Assembly (NCBI GenBank): GCA_951406725.2
Contig: OX597817.1
Location: forward strand, 10,416,001 to 10,480,000
DNA from: Octopus vulgaris
Lineage: Eukaryota
Reading direction: 5' to 3'
DNA length: 64,000 nt
Positions 14,198 through 28,699 of this stretch are shown one piece after another. The notes under the pieces are model-generated. The model had not been told where the DNA came from. It saw nothing but the letters and a program-made list of their open reading frames with translations, and did not search any database. Position 1 is the stretch's first letter; the number at the start of each line of letters is the position of its first letter. A program made the translations under genes and the position numbers.

Positions 14198-15091
14198 TTG
14201 TTCTCAGCAGTTTTTGCATGACCTTCTGTTGCACTGTCAGGTGCATTTCTGTGTTCAAGAGGTGTGTGCAGAGTATCACTTTTCCAGGGAGGAGGAGGAG
14301 AGGAAGGAGGGAAGAAAGGAAATGTTACATCTAATTTACATTGTTTGGGGTTTCTTTTGTTATTTCTGCTAATTATTTTAGTGTTTTGTTTTCCTAATGC
14401 ATTGTGTATTGTTTGTACTGTACTAGTTGTTGTTTTATAGTATTCAGAGACAATTGTGCAGAAAAGTTTACTGGGTGAGTTGTACTATTCAGCTGAATAT
14501 GTCTTGCTTAAAATGTAGGTTTTTGCCTAGCAAAGTTATTTTTACTCAGAGCTTTTTTTTTTAACTATATAAAGCTGTAAGCCCTGCTGTGGTTTATACT
14601 TTTATTTTTGTTACTTGTTTCAGTCATTTGACTGTGGCCATGCTGGAGCACCACCACCTTTAGTCGAACAAATCGATCCCAGGACTTATTCTTTGTGAGC
14701 CTAGTACTTATTCTATCGGTTTCTTTTGCCAAACCGCTAAGTTACGAGGAAGTAAATACACCAGTATCAGTTGTCAAGTGATGTTGGCAGGGACAAACAT
14801 AGACACACAAACATATACACACACATACATCATCATCATCATCAACATCATCGTTTAACGTCCGTTTTCCTTGCTAGCATGGGTTGGACAGTTTGACCGG
14901 GGTCTAGGAAGCCATGGAAGCTGCACCAGGCTCCAGTCTGATCTGGCAGTGTTTCTATAGCTGGATGCCCTTCCTAACACCAACCACTCCATGGGTATAG
15001 TGGGTGTTTTTTTACGTGCCACCGGCACAGGGGCCAGAGGAGGCTGGCAAACGGCCATGATTGGTTGGTGCTTTTACATGTCACCAACACG

Positions 15092-15339
15092 AGGTTGGTG
15101 CATAATTATTGTGGATTTTTTTCAATAAATTTTATGCAACAAAAACAATAACAACATTTAACAAAAACATCTTTAAATGATTATTCCAACCAGCTGCCAA
15201 ACAAATGGGAAGCAGTAATTGAAGTAGATGGTGAATTTGCTCCAGAATAATCATTTAAAGATGTTTTTGTTACATGTTGTTATTGTTTTTGTTGAATAAA
15301 ATTTATTGAAAAAAAGCCGTAATAATTATGCACCAACCT

Positions 15340-15342
<3 letters not shown>
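15092..15342. mobile_element. Mariner-derived MITE
   Basis: TIR aggttggtgcataattatt / aataattatgcaccaacct resembling mariner TIRs; about 95-bp inverted arms; centre encodes NQLPNKWEAVIEVDGEFAPE*, like a mariner transposase C-terminus. Confidence 0.85.
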
Positions 15343-15383
<41 letters not shown>

Positions 15384-15541
15384 CGATGGGCTTCTTTCAG
15401 TTTCTGTCAACCAAACTCACTCACAAGGCTTTGGTTGACCTGAGGCTATAGTAGAAGACACTTGCCTAAGGTGCCCATGCAGTGGGACTGAACCTGGAAC
15501 CATGTGGTTGGTAAGCAAGCTACTTACCACACACAGCCACT

Positions 15542-15584
<43 letters not shown>

Positions 15585-16070
15585 GATGGGCTTCTTTCAG
15601 TTTCTGTCAACCAAATCCACTCACAAGGCTTTGGTTAGCCTGAGGCTATAGTAGAAGACACTTGCCCAAGGTGCCATGCAATGGGACTGAACTTGGAACC
15701 ATGTGGTTGGTAAGCAAGCTACTTACTACACAGCCACTTCTATTTATAATTCTTTTCTCATGTTCTTCTCTCTCACACCTAATAAGTGTTCTAATTAGCA
15801 TTCACTGTATTCTCACTTAAATCTTGTTTAATTCCATTCCAGTTTTGATTGATAGATTCAATTTCTTTTTGTGCAACATTTTCACTCGGAAGGAATTGAG
15901 GTGCCCATTAGGAATATATAGATTTTCATTCAGGTCTTTGATTGTGTACTGTTGGAGATTCTCTGGTTTCCTTGTCACATTGGATAAACATGTCCCAGGT
16001 TATCATAATCAGATCACTGTCTTGTATGGGGATTGGTACATGCTTATGTCACTCTTCGGGTTTCATATTG

Positions 16071-16072
<2 letters not shown>

Positions 16073-16102
<30 letters not shown>

Positions 16103-16168
16103 CTATCATCATCATCACTATCATCATCATCATCATCGGCATCACTATCATCATCATCACTATCATCC

Positions 16169-16207
<39 letters not shown>

Positions 16208-16225
16208 CTATCATCATCCCCCTCA
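16073..16225. repeat. (ATC)n microsatellite
   Basis: Direct reading. Confidence 0.95.
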
Positions 16226-16322
16226 TTATAATTTACATTATTGTTGCTTATTTTATACATTCTGTTTCAAGTCTCATCCAGATAATTCAACAGCAAGTTT
16301 GATGCTTTACTATGGGTGATAT

Positions 16323-16850
16323 TCATCATCATCATCATCACCATCATCTTCGTTGTCGTTAAACATCTGCTTTCCATGCTGGCATGGGTTGGATGGTTTG
16401 ACTGAGGACTGGCTAACCAAGAGGCTGCACCAGACTCCAATCTGATCTGGCAAGGTTTCTACAGCTGGATGCTCTTCCTAATGCCAACCACTCCAAGAAT
16501 GTAGTGGGTACTTTTTACACGCTACCAGCATGGGGGGGGGACCAGTCATGTGGCACTGGTATCAACTACACAGGAGCCAGTCAGGAGGCACTGGCATCAG
16601 TCACACACAAATGGTGCTTTTTATGTGTCGCTGGCATGGGAGCCAGGAAGGTGGCACTGGCATCAACCATGCTCATATGATGCTTTTTACGTGTCACCAG
16701 CACAAGAGCCAATCTGGCAGCACTGGTATCAACCATGCTTGAATGGTGCTTTTTATGTGCCACCGGCACATAAATAGGTCTTCTGAAGCTCATACATTGC
16801 CCAACGATTGAAGGGAACTCTTAAATGGGTTGGTTATGTGACACTGGTTA
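16323..16850 (-). mobile_element. RTE LINE 3' UTR fragment with internal tandem units
   Basis: (CAT)n plus tttccatgctggcatgggttgg and repeated ggtgctttttatgtg units. Confidence 0.8.
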
Positions 16851-17219
16851 GTAATAATATATGGTGGAGGTGCATGGCTTAGTGGTTAGGGTGTTGGACT
16901 CATGATTGTAAAATTGTAGTTTTGATTTCTTGACCAGGTGATACATTATGTTCTTGGGCCAAACACTTCATTTCATATTGCTCCAGTCCACTCAGGTGGT
17001 AAAAATGAGTATTCCTGCAATGGACCAGCATCCTGTCCAGGAAGAAATATATACATCAGAGAAAACAGAAAACCGACTCCTTAAAGAATAATATTATGCC
17101 TAGGGTGCCATATATTTGGTTTTGTACATAGTGTTGTTCTAGAGAATTTTTAAGAAACCATAAGAAAATTATGTGTTTGCTATAAAACTTGAGATTACAT
17201 AGAAAGTAATTTTGCATTA

Positions 17220-17710
17220 CAACTTTATTTCAGCTGCCTTAATACTGGGCGTCCTCCAGAGGTCAAGATTAGCAAGGGCACTTTTATTTTGCTATGCATA
17301 CTAAAATTATCACCACATTTATTCCATTTTAGATGGAGGGTGCATTTCGTAGTCTATGGGCTGTACCCATCAAGGTTATCTTTTGTAGTTCACGGAGATT
17401 TGAAGTTACCAGGCAGTTGCTTAATATACTTCTCAGCTCCCTTCTTTATCATTCCCAATGCACCAATTACCACTGGTATTATCGTAGTACTAAGCTTCCA
17501 CATTTTTGTGATTTCAATTTGCAGATCTTTATTGTTAGAAAGCTTTTCATATTCTTTTCTCGAGACATTTTGATCTTGTGGGACAGACATATCTATTAAC
17601 AGACAAGTTCCTCTGTTGTAGTCCTTGATCACAATGTCTGGTCAATTGTAATCAATTTTTCTGTCTGTTTGTATTGAGAACTCCCAAAGAATGGTGACAT
17701 CCTCACCATT
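17220..17710 (-). mobile_element. R4/Dong-clade LINE 3' fragment (restriction-like endonuclease)
   Basis: ILWEFSIQTDRKI..PDIVIKD..CLLIDMSVPQD..EK..DLQIEITKMW..IPVVIGALG. A weaker relic lies at about 15790-16040. Confidence 0.85.
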
Positions 17711-18989
17711 TACTACATCCTGTGGATGTGGCCATTATTATTATTGTTGTTGTTGTTATTATTATTAAGGTGATGAGCTGGCAGAACTTTAGCATGCTGG
17801 GCATTTTGCCTGTCTTTACATTCTGAGTTGAAAGTCTGCCATGGTCAATTATGCTTTTCATCTTTTTGGGGTCAATAAAATAAGTACTAGTTGACACTGA
17901 TCTTATGAAGGAAAAGGCAAAGGATCACAATATCTGGCATCTTACTGTACTCAAGAAGATCCACCCGCCACAACAGAATTTTTAATGCTCCCCACCCAGC
18001 TAAAGAGAGTTTTGCCTTGCAGAAGTCTTTGTACCAGTTAACATAAAAAAGCACCCATTTTGGTCCATGTAAAAAGCAGTCTTACCAGTTTACAGAAAAA
18101 ACACACATGCCAATCCACGTACAAAGCAACCATACTGGTCCATGTAAAAAGCATCCATGCTGGTCCATCTAAAAAACATTTGTGCCAGTCCATATACAGA
18201 GAACCTGTATTTGTGCCACATAAAAAACACCAAGCATACTCTGTAAAGTGATTGGCATTATGAAGGGTATGCAGCCATATAAACCAAGCCAAATTAGACT
18301 GGAATCTAGTGCAGCCCTCTGGTTTGCCAGCTCTGTTCAAATCATCCAACCCATGCCAGCATGGAAAACAAACATTAAATGACAGTGATGATGAGCACTG
18401 GGGTAATGGACTTTACCCAACCCTTGAAATTGCTGGCTTTGTGCAAAAATGTGAAATTAATTATAATTATAATTAAATAATTTTTTGAATTTGTGATATG
18501 TGTAATTGAGAGGGAGCAAACAGCCCTAGGGTATCGGCATTACTCTGGGGGTAGAGAAACACAGTGGTAATTATTAGTTGTTTATGGATGAAGTATTTAA
18601 ATATTTTCTGGCTGTTGAATGAAAACCCAACCTTTTATAATGAATGCAGTCTTGGCTGTGTAGAGATAATGTGATCACTAGGAAAGTTCATCGGAGATTG
18701 TAAGGCCATAGCGTTTGTAGGCAACGTAATCATACATGGAGACACATAACACACATGATGCAGATGATATGTACGCACACAAAAAATTACACACACGAAA
18801 GCACACAAATACACACGCACACACACACACACATGCACACACATACATACACACACAAACATACATAAACACATGTGAGCATATGCATAAATGCACTTAC
18901 AAATACATACACTCACAGCTGGAGAGAAAGCAATTATAAAAATAGCAGTTTTCAATTAAGCACTGAAGAAGAAACAGCAGCACTGTTGC

Positions 18990-20112
18990 CACTACTACCT
19001 ACACCACCACCACCACCACCACCACCAACACTACTACTACCACTGACACCACCACCGAAACTACTACCAACAATATTACAACTAATAGCAACAACAATGA
19101 CGACAACAACGACAACAACAACAACAACACAACTGCCATCATCACTCTGTTTCTCCATCACTAACACCAACACCATTTTTTTACCACCATCACCACAGCC
19201 TTTACTACTACCACTACCATCATCACTACTATCATCATCATCATCGCTACTACAACCACAACCACCACCACCACCACCATTATCGTCATCATTGCCATCA
19301 CTATTACTACTGCCACCATCATCATTACCACTACCATCTCTGCAACCACTATCATCACTACCACTATTGCTACAACCACCACCATCATCACAACAACCAC
19401 CACCACCACCCACCACTACCACCACCACTGTTCTCACCACTGAAAACTGACATAATAACTAACACTGTTACCACTACCACAATCGTCTGTAGTACGCCAC
19501 TACCACACTCTCTCTCTCCCTCTCACCCTCTCTCTCTCTCTCTGTCTCACTCACTCTCTCTCTCTCTCTCACTCTCTCTCTCCCTCTCTCACTCTCTCTC
19601 TCTTTTTCTCTCTCTGTCTCACTCTCTTTCTCTCTTTTTCTCTCTCTGTCTCACTCTCTCTCTCCTTCTCTCACTCTCTCTCTCTCTTTCTCTGTCTCTC
19701 TGTCTCTCTCTCTCTTTTCCAACCCTTGTCACTTCTACAGACCACCGTGACCGCTATCACTACCACCACCACCAACACCACCACCATCACCACCACCACC
19801 ACCATCACCAACACAACTACTACTGCTGTTACAACTGCTATCACCATCAGCATTCCTACCATCACTGTTACAACTCCCCACTGCCACTACCTCCCTCCCC
19901 CATCACTACTATTACCACCACCACCACCACCACCACCACCACCACCACCACCACCACCACCACCACCACCACCACCACCGCCACCACTGCCACCAGTTCC
20001 ACTTAGCTCTGAGAGACGAACAGAACAGAAATCAATATCTCTACCTCAAGTGATCCAACATATGATGGAATACACCTCTTCTTTAATGGCATCTCTCTCC
20101 ATGTGTGTGTGT

Positions 20113-20143
<31 letters not shown>

Positions 20144-20364
20144 CGTGTGTGTGTGTGTATATGTGTGTGCATGACAATTGTGTCATACTTGTGCATATGA
20201 TAGTACATACACATTTATGCATGCGGCAGTATTTTTGCGTGTATATGTGTGTTTTATGTGTTACAGAGTGTGTGTATGTGTGTGTTCCTGTGTATATGTA
20301 TGTATACGTTTGAATCTGTCGACTGTTGTATGTGTGTTATGCGCTAGCGTTTGTGTATTTTGGG

Positions 20365-20414
<50 letters not shown>

Positions 20415-20446
20415 TATTATTATCATTATTATTACTATTATTATTA

Positions 20447-20502
<56 letters not shown>

Positions 20503-20651
20503 GTATTTCATTTCTTGTTTGTTTCATTTCCCTTCTGTCTTTCCTTTCTGTTTCTATTTATTTATTTATTTATTTCCCTTTTCTTCTTTTTCTCCGTCTT
20601 TTTCTTCTTCATTACCATTATCGTCAGTATTTTTTGTTTCCTTTTTACTAT

Positions 20652-20685
<34 letters not shown>

Positions 20686-20700
20686 GCTTGCATCTCTATT
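18990..20700. repeat. Compound microsatellite field: (ACC/ACT/ATC)n, (CT)n, (ACC)n, (TG)n, (ATT)n
   Basis: Direct reading. Confidence 0.95.
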
Positions 20701-21760
20701 TCATCTTCATCTAAATTCTTCTTCTTTCCTCGTCATTCGTGTCGTTGTTTCCTTCCTCATCTTTTCTTTATTTTCCTCTTTTTTCTTTTCTAATGTTCCG
20801 TCTCCTTTTCTTCTACGCTTTCCATTCACCCACATCACACTGGAATCATCCATGCTTTTGCAAACACATACATGCATTCACACATGTGTATGTACAAATG
20901 CATGCATGCATGCAGGCATGCATGAACACACAAACATCACTGAAAAATCATTCATGCACGAACACACGCAACACATACACCAAACATACACACCCAGTCT
21001 CCTTATAAACACGCTGTTAAACGCATTGTATACACACAAATACACATCACAAATCATTTATTTTACGCATGCGCACACACTCACACACACACACACACAT
21101 ACATACACACATACACATACAAGCATATGCAAATCCCTAAAATCCAGATGCACATGTTGCGCACACTAGGAACTAACTTCCACCCTCCTCTCTGATCATC
21201 CCCCTCTCTCTCTCCCTCTCTTTCTCTCTCTCTCTCCCCCCTAACATCAACCCACATATATACTGCTGTATGCATGCACCCTAAGAAACACCCATTCATA
21301 TACATCAATGGCAAACACAGCAAGGAAACCCCCCACCCTCTTCATCAATATAGACAAGCTTGTATATTTGCTCACATACATACAAACATACATACATATA
21401 TATACAAACATACATGCATACAAACATGTGTACACATACATACACATGCATTTGTTCACACATTGAGCTATGTACACATATATATACAATCATATATATA
21501 CATATATAGATTAACAGTAGCCCTTAAATCTCTTCCACATGCACACATGCAAAAATCTACCCAAGCCAATACCCTTAAATGTAGCTTCAACATGTATACT
21601 TGCATCAATATATGCATACATAAACATATGCATAAACACACTTGCACATACACACGCAAGTACACACTTATGCACAAATATATCAACAGTAATCCTTGAA
21701 CCTTTATTTCAAATTGTGTTCACACATACACATATATAAATTTATATATAAATATATTTA

Positions 21761-21811
<51 letters not shown>

Positions 21812-21920
21812 ATATAAATATATATATATATATTTATGTATATATATATGTGTGTGTATATTTATGTATATATATATGTGTGTGTATATATATATATATA
21901 TATATACATACATATATATA

Positions 21921-22979
21921 TGCTAGAATAAGAATAGCCTGGGCAAAGTTCAGAGAGCTCTTACCTCTGCTGGTGACAAAGGGCCTCTCGCTCAGAGTAA
22001 AAGGTAGACTGTATGACGCATGTATACAAACAGCCATGCTACATGGCAGTGAAACACTGGCTGTGACTGCTAAGGACATGCGTAAGCTTGCAAAGAATGA
22101 AGCCTGCATGATCCGATGGATGTGTAATGTCAGTATGCATACACGACAGAGTGTAAGTACCTTGACAGAAAAGTTGGACCTAAGGAGCATCAGATGTGGT
22201 GTGCGAGAGAGACAATTGCACTGGTATGGTCATGTGGCGAGAATGGATGAGGACAGCTGTGTGAAAAGGTGCCACACCCTAGTGGTTCAGGGAAGAGGCA
22301 GACCCAGAAAGACTTGGGATAAGGTGGTGAAGTACAACCTTCAAACATTAGGCCTCACCGAGGCAATGACTAGTGATTGAGACCTTTGAAAATTTGCTGT
22401 GCTTGAGAAGACCCGGCAAGCAAAGTGAGACCATAACCTGTGACCTATGCCAGGGGTGTAACCAGCTCACTTATACTTACCTTTCCTTCATTGGAGACTA
22501 AACTCTGCTTGCGAAAACCTATTGAGGCAAGTGAAATTGAAATCAAATTCTATGACTGGCATCCATGCTAGTGGAGCCCTAAGAGCACCATCCACTGGCT
22601 TCTGTGTCGGTGGCACCTAAAAAGCATGATCATTACCAGCGTTGACTTACTTGCACTTGTGCTGGTGACACATGAAAACATATTCGAGTGAGGTCGCACC
22701 CAGTGCTGCCTGACTGGCTCCTGTGCAGGTGACACGTAAAAAACACCATTTGAGCATGGCCATTGCCAGTACCGCCTGACTGGCCCTCGTGCCAGTGGTA
22801 CGTAAAAGCATCCACTACACTCTCGGGGTGGTCAGCATTAGGAAGGGCATCCAGCTGTAGAAACTCTACCAGATCAGATTGGAGCCTGGTGCAGCCATCT
22901 GGTTTGCCAGTCCCCAGTCAAATCGTCCAACTCATGCCTGCATGGAAAGCAGACGTTAAATGATGATGATGATGATGAT

Positions 22980-22980
<1 letters not shown>
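21921..22980 (+). mobile_element. 5'-truncated RTE LINE: ORF C-terminus, 3' UTR and (GAT)n tail
   Basis: [40 protein letters not shown]; UTR ends gcatggaaagcagacgttaaatgatgatgat; (TA)n on both sides. Confidence 0.9.
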
Positions 22981-23011
<31 letters not shown>

Positions 23012-25922
23012 CATAATTACATATACATAAATACATACATAGGTATATATATATATATATATACATACATACATATGCATAAATACATACATAGGTATAT
23101 ATATATGTGTGTATACATACATATGTATATATATATATATATATATATGTATACATACATATGTATAGATATATATATATATATATAAATATACATACAT
23201 ATGTGTGTGTATATATATACATACATATGTATATATACATATATATATATAAATATACATACATATGTGTGTGTGTGTGTGTATATATATATATACACAT
23301 ACATCCATATGTATATATATATACATTTATATACACATATGCAAACATGAACAAACATACAGAGAAATGCACAGACGTGTACGTATGCATGTACGTGCAC
23401 ACATGCATGTATGTATGCGTGTGCATGCATGCATGCATGTGTAAAGAAATTTTAAAAAAAAGAAATACACGCAAATCACTTGAAGTAATAAATTAACCAA
23501 TATATTTAGTTTGTCTGAAGTTGTTGCAGTCTGTTCTTTGAGATGGCACTTGTTTGCTTTGACAAGCAATACCCTCCCACCATCCCTCACTTCCTCCTCC
23601 TCCTCCTCCTCCTCCTCCTCCTTCACCTTCATCTTCTCTTCCTCTCGCTCTCTCTTTTTTTTACCGTTCTATCACTCTATCCGTCAGTCTCACCGTTGCA
23701 CACAGCTTCGCTTGGTAGCAGCAGTGTCTGCTACCACCACCGTTTTTCTAGGTAGCAACATTATAAACAGCAAGACTCATTATTGACATTCTACTGCTAC
23801 TGCTGCTGTTTCTCGTGCTGCTGCTGCTGCTGCTGATGGTGATGGTGTTACTGGTGATGGTGTTGCTGCTGTTGCTACTGCTGCTAGTACTGCTGCTGCT
23901 GTATTCGGTGATGACGATGGATACTTAATTTTAAAATACAACGGCAGAAGATATATATCTGCCTGTTTGCGTGTGTATGTATTTATGTATACACACATAA
24001 AAATATGTATATATATATATATATATTTACATATATGAGAATATATATATGCATATATATGTGTGCATGCATGTGTGTGTACATGTGTGTGTACATGTAT
24101 ACTCTTTACTCTTTTACTCTTGTTTCAGTCATTTGACTGTGACCATGCTGGAGCACCGCCTTTTAGTCAAGCAAATCGACCCCGGGACTTATTCTTTGTA
24201 AGCCCGGTATGTATATATGTACATAATATATGAGTTGTGAAATGCATAGAAGCATATATGTGTGTATGCATGTATGTGTGTCTGAATATATGTGCATGCA
24301 TGCATGCATGTGTGTGTATGTGTGCACATGCGCACACGTGTGTGTATGTGAGTGTGTACATGTATGCTATATGATTTCCATTTCCATTTTTGTTCTACCG
24401 TTGTTGATCCATTACTGGATGAAACTTCAGCATGCTGTTACCCACTTAGCTATGATAGTTGCAGCCCTTACCTGTCCAAATTGTGAGGAAAGGAATAATG
24501 TTTCTGTGGTTGCATATTAGCACTCTGGCCATTAGCACTTTGGTAGAATTTTTAACTCAATAGGCAAAGAACAAGAACAGATATTATGAGCAGCTCATCA
24601 CGCTAATTCTGGCAATCTACTCTCTTGGATTGGTTACAATATCGGCACTGAATGGATGAGGTGCAAAGTTTAGCTTGCCAGGATTTGAACTCAGAGTAAA
24701 GAAAACCAGAAAATGCACTTGTAATTTACTACTTCTGATTCAATAAATTCTGTCTAACCCCTACAAGCATTGAACGTTAGATAAGGTAGTGACAAGTGAC
24801 TGAGACTTTTGGTAATATACCATGCTTGAGAAGACCTGTCATGCGAAGTGAGATCCTAGTTGTGGCCGATGCTGGTGTTTTGTAGCTGACCCTGGTGCAT
24901 AAAAAGCACCCACGACACTCTTGGAGTGGTTGGTGTTAGAAAGGGCATCCAGCTATAGGAGCTATGCCAAATCAGATTGAAACCTGGTGCAGTTACCCAC
25001 TTACCAGTTTTCAGTCAAACCATCCAGCCCATGCCAGTATGGAAAGTGTACATTAAATAATGATGATGACAATGATGATGATGATTAATCAAAGTGTACA
25101 GTATTATATATCCATTACAGCCAATCTTACATTTCAGTTTCACGCTAGGGTTTCAGTAGAGTGTTAGATAACAGCTTGAATATGTAACCTTGCACTCTTC
25201 AGAGATCACGTCTATGAAATAGACTGATAAAGAGATATATATGTATATACATACATACATACATAAGTGCAGGTATGGCATTGTGATTAAGAAATCTACT
25301 TTACAACCTTGAGTTCCCGAGTTTTATCCCACTGTATGGCATATTTTTTATAGCCTCATAGCTTGTGAGTGAAACTGGGTAGAAGGAAACTGTATAGAAA
25401 CCTATCAAGTCAGTTGTATCTGTAATTCTAAAGTACAGCCTTCCCACTCAATGTGTTGCAACGATTTTGCATGAAAATTACATTAAGTGTACCATTGTGT
25501 GTGGAATGTTAAGGCACTTGCACATTAATTCAGGAGCAGGTAATGTAGTTGACCAAATAGCTGAATCTTCATCATTAAGCAACAGTGATCCAACCATACA
25601 CACATACACGCACACACATATAAACTACATGTAACTTGCACTTATAAAACATACTCATCATCAGATGTCAATTAGAGATCATAACTATTTCAGTACTTTC
25701 CACAAGTATTATTCAACTCCAATGTAGCCTTCAGGCTACCAGGAAATGTTCACATCCTTTTGGCCCATATTGTTGCATGCTTTTCACCACCTTTCATCTA
25801 TGCAGTTGCCTCACCAAAACTGGGGCAACCAAAACCAGCCAACAATTATCTTGTTTTACTACTGACTGAGGATTCAGTAATAATCTTGGCATTGTTGATT
25901 CTTTCTCTCATATACCCCTACT

Positions 25923-26310
25923 GGATGGAAGTACTCCGTCGGTTCCGACGATGAGGGTTCCGGTTGATCCGAATCAACGGAACAGCCTGCTCGTGAAATT
26001 AACGTGTAAGTGGCTGAGCACTCCACAGACACGTGTACCCTTAACGTAGTTCTCGGGGATATTCAGCGTGACACAGAGAGTGACAAGGCCGGCCCTTTGA
26101 AATACAGGTACAACAGAAACAGGAAGTAAGAGAGAGAGAGAGTTGTGGTGAAAGAGTACAGCAGGGAACACCACCATCTCCTGCTGGAGCCTCGTGGAGC
26201 TTTAGGTGTTTTCGCTCAATAAACACTCACAACGCCCGATCTGGGAATCGAAACCGCGATCCTACGACCGCGAGTTCGCTGCCCTAACCACTGGGCCATT
26301 GCGCCTCCAC
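25923..26310 (-). mobile_element. Young tRNA-derived SINE (Octopus OR-like head)
   Basis: Head tggaggcgcaatggcccagtggttaggg, B box ggtttcgattccc; CpGs retained; 11-bp TSD atacccctact. Confidence 0.88.
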
Positions 26311-26349
26311 ATACCCCTACTACATCCATGACAAAACATTTGTACCATC

Positions 26350-27060
26350 CAATACAGTTCATGAATTATTGTTCTTTTGCTTCTTCCAAGCATAATACAA
26401 GACAAGTAAGGCACGGAGAATTTAATAACAAATCTACAATCTCTGAAAGTACTATTGTATATTGCCATCCTTGTGTGTCATGCAATTCCTTAAACTCTTT
26501 CCACCATATTTTAAACATTTCCTTCGATGGGCCCATTCCATATTGTATTCTCAAGGTAACATCAACTCCACTATTAGAAATATTATCAAGTCAGATAATG
26601 CTGATAATAATCAGGTGTTGCTTAGTTATTGCAATATGGCTTGGGAACATGAGATCTTACTCCAGATTCACCTGCACCTTCCAGATATGACCTACATCTA
26701 GAAACCTAGCTTTTTGCTTTTGTTTTCTTATATTCTTACATTGCATTGCATTCTTCCACCTTCCATGCAGAAAACAACCAGGTGCCACACTTGTTAGTGA
26801 TTTTCTTTATAGTGATTGTACTTTGTTACTGTTTTAGTGCTCTAGCAAGGACGTCTAAGATTTGGTTAAGCTGCCAATGTATCTTCTGCCAAGGATAACG
26901 TATATGCTGCCAGAATATGCTTCAACTATGTGCAGTCTCCACATTGATGACAATTAGTCATGTTATTTCAATTTGGGCCTGGGATAGAAGCCTGTCATAT
27001 GCTAATATTAGATCAGATAACAACATGGCTGACTCCATGTTCCACAGCATACTTAGAATA
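26350..27060 (-). mobile_element. Decayed HERO-like restriction-endonuclease LINE
   Basis: Frameshifted KHILAA..WQLNQILDVLA, LMFPSHIAIT, LIVELMLP*EYNMEWAHRRKCLKY. Confidence 0.6.
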
Positions 27061-27156
27061 TTCCATGAGAGTTTTATATGTGTGTGTGTGTAAATACTTT
27101 TATACATATATATATATATATATCAATATATATATATGTATATATACATAAATATA

Positions 27157-27220
<64 letters not shown>

Positions 27221-28349
27221 TATATATGAGAGAAGGGAGGCAGTCAGAATTTTGGATAATCTTTTAATAGTGCTTTCATTTGTTTTTTTGAACTTGTCAA
27301 GACAAAATCAAAATCAAAATGGTAAAAACAGAATGTTTTGTTGTTTATTTATATAAATTTGATGTTTTTTTGCTTTGTTTAGAAGAGGAGAATATTTTTT
27401 GTCTTATTTTAAAAAAGGGGGAAAGAAAGAAAGAAAAGAAATGATAGAGGAAAACAGATAGAGAGAGAGGTTTCCGGAAAATCAAGAAAGAGGAGAAAAA
27501 TAATAATAAAGGATGGAGATAGATATATAGTTAGATAGAGAAAGAGAGAGGTTTTTTTTTCAATTTGATGTAGCCAATTCATTGAAATTTCATTACAAAG
27601 CATTTTTCTTTTTTTGCCCTTTCTTTCTCTTTTCTTTTCTTTCCATTGTACACCTATCAACATATTTGGAAATAGACACATTTTCTCACAAGGGCTGGTG
27701 ACCTTTCAAACATGTCAATTTTAGGAAGTAGGATGGAAGAAATAAGAAAAGGCTGCACCAGACTCAAGTTTGATTTGACATGATTTTCTATGGCTGGATA
27801 ACACCAACCACTCTGAGAGTGTAAAGGGTGCTTTTACCTGCCACTGGCACAGGTGCCATTTGCATGACACCAGTGTCTGTCACGACTGATTTTGCTCGGC
27901 TTGATGAGTCTTCTTCTCAAGCATGACATAATGCCAAAAGTCTCAGTCATTGCCTCCCTGAGGCCCATAGCTTGAAAGGAACTCAGTCACTTTGCCTCCT
28001 TGGGGACCAATGCTTGAAGGGAATTCAACCACTTGCCTCCATGAGGCCCAACACTCAAAAGGAACTCTGAATCTAAATTATATAATAAAGCAGGACCTGC
28101 TTAAATATATATATTTTTTTTTTGAGTAACTTTCATCCTTTTGTAGGATTTATTTTTATTTCTCTTGCTTGGATAAAAGAATTCAAAAGAGATCTTTTTC
28201 ACGAATTACTTTGCCAAGTAGCTACATTAGATATCTTTCCAAATTGAGGCAAAATGGTTCTAGTATTCTTTCTCAGGTATATCTAAGTTCTATAAGAACA
28301 GCAGGTTGTCAAAATCCAAATGTTATATATATATATATATATATCACAT

Positions 28350-28645
28350 AACCAACCAGGCTATCAGATGTTGCTACACATCGCTGGTCACAATGTGCTT
28401 CACATTGTTTTAGCCTTCAAATGACGCCACCCAACTGGCAATGCAAGCAGAAGAAAGAGTGAGAGAAAGTTGCAGCAAAAGAATACAGCAGGGATCGCCA
28501 CCACCCCCTGCCGGAGCCTCGTGGAGCTTTTAGGTGTTTTCACTCAATAAACACTCACAACGCCCGGTCTGGGAATCGAGACCGCGATCCTACGACCGCG
28601 AGTCCGCTGCCCTAACCACTGGGCTATGGGCCATTGCGCCTCCAC
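28350..28645 (-). mobile_element. SINE with the same head as 25923 but a different tail
   Basis: Head and body match; 3' part (28350-28450) unrelated. Confidence 0.8.
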
Positions 28646-28699
28646 ATATATATATATATATCTGATCATTTATAGAAATGAGTATCACATTATTAACAT

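Noticed and set aside
15824-16319. Poly-His, poly-Ser and poly-Asp ORFs
   Set aside because: All derive from one (ATC)n tract.
18875-21169. Long Pro/Thr/Gly/Leu/Ile/Tyr-rich ORFs
   Set aside because: Trinucleotide microsatellites open in several frames and strands; no splice or domain evidence.
26225-26310. tRNA-like sequence with A and B boxes
   Set aside because: Continues into a SINE body with a TSD and has several copies; a SINE head, not a tRNA gene.
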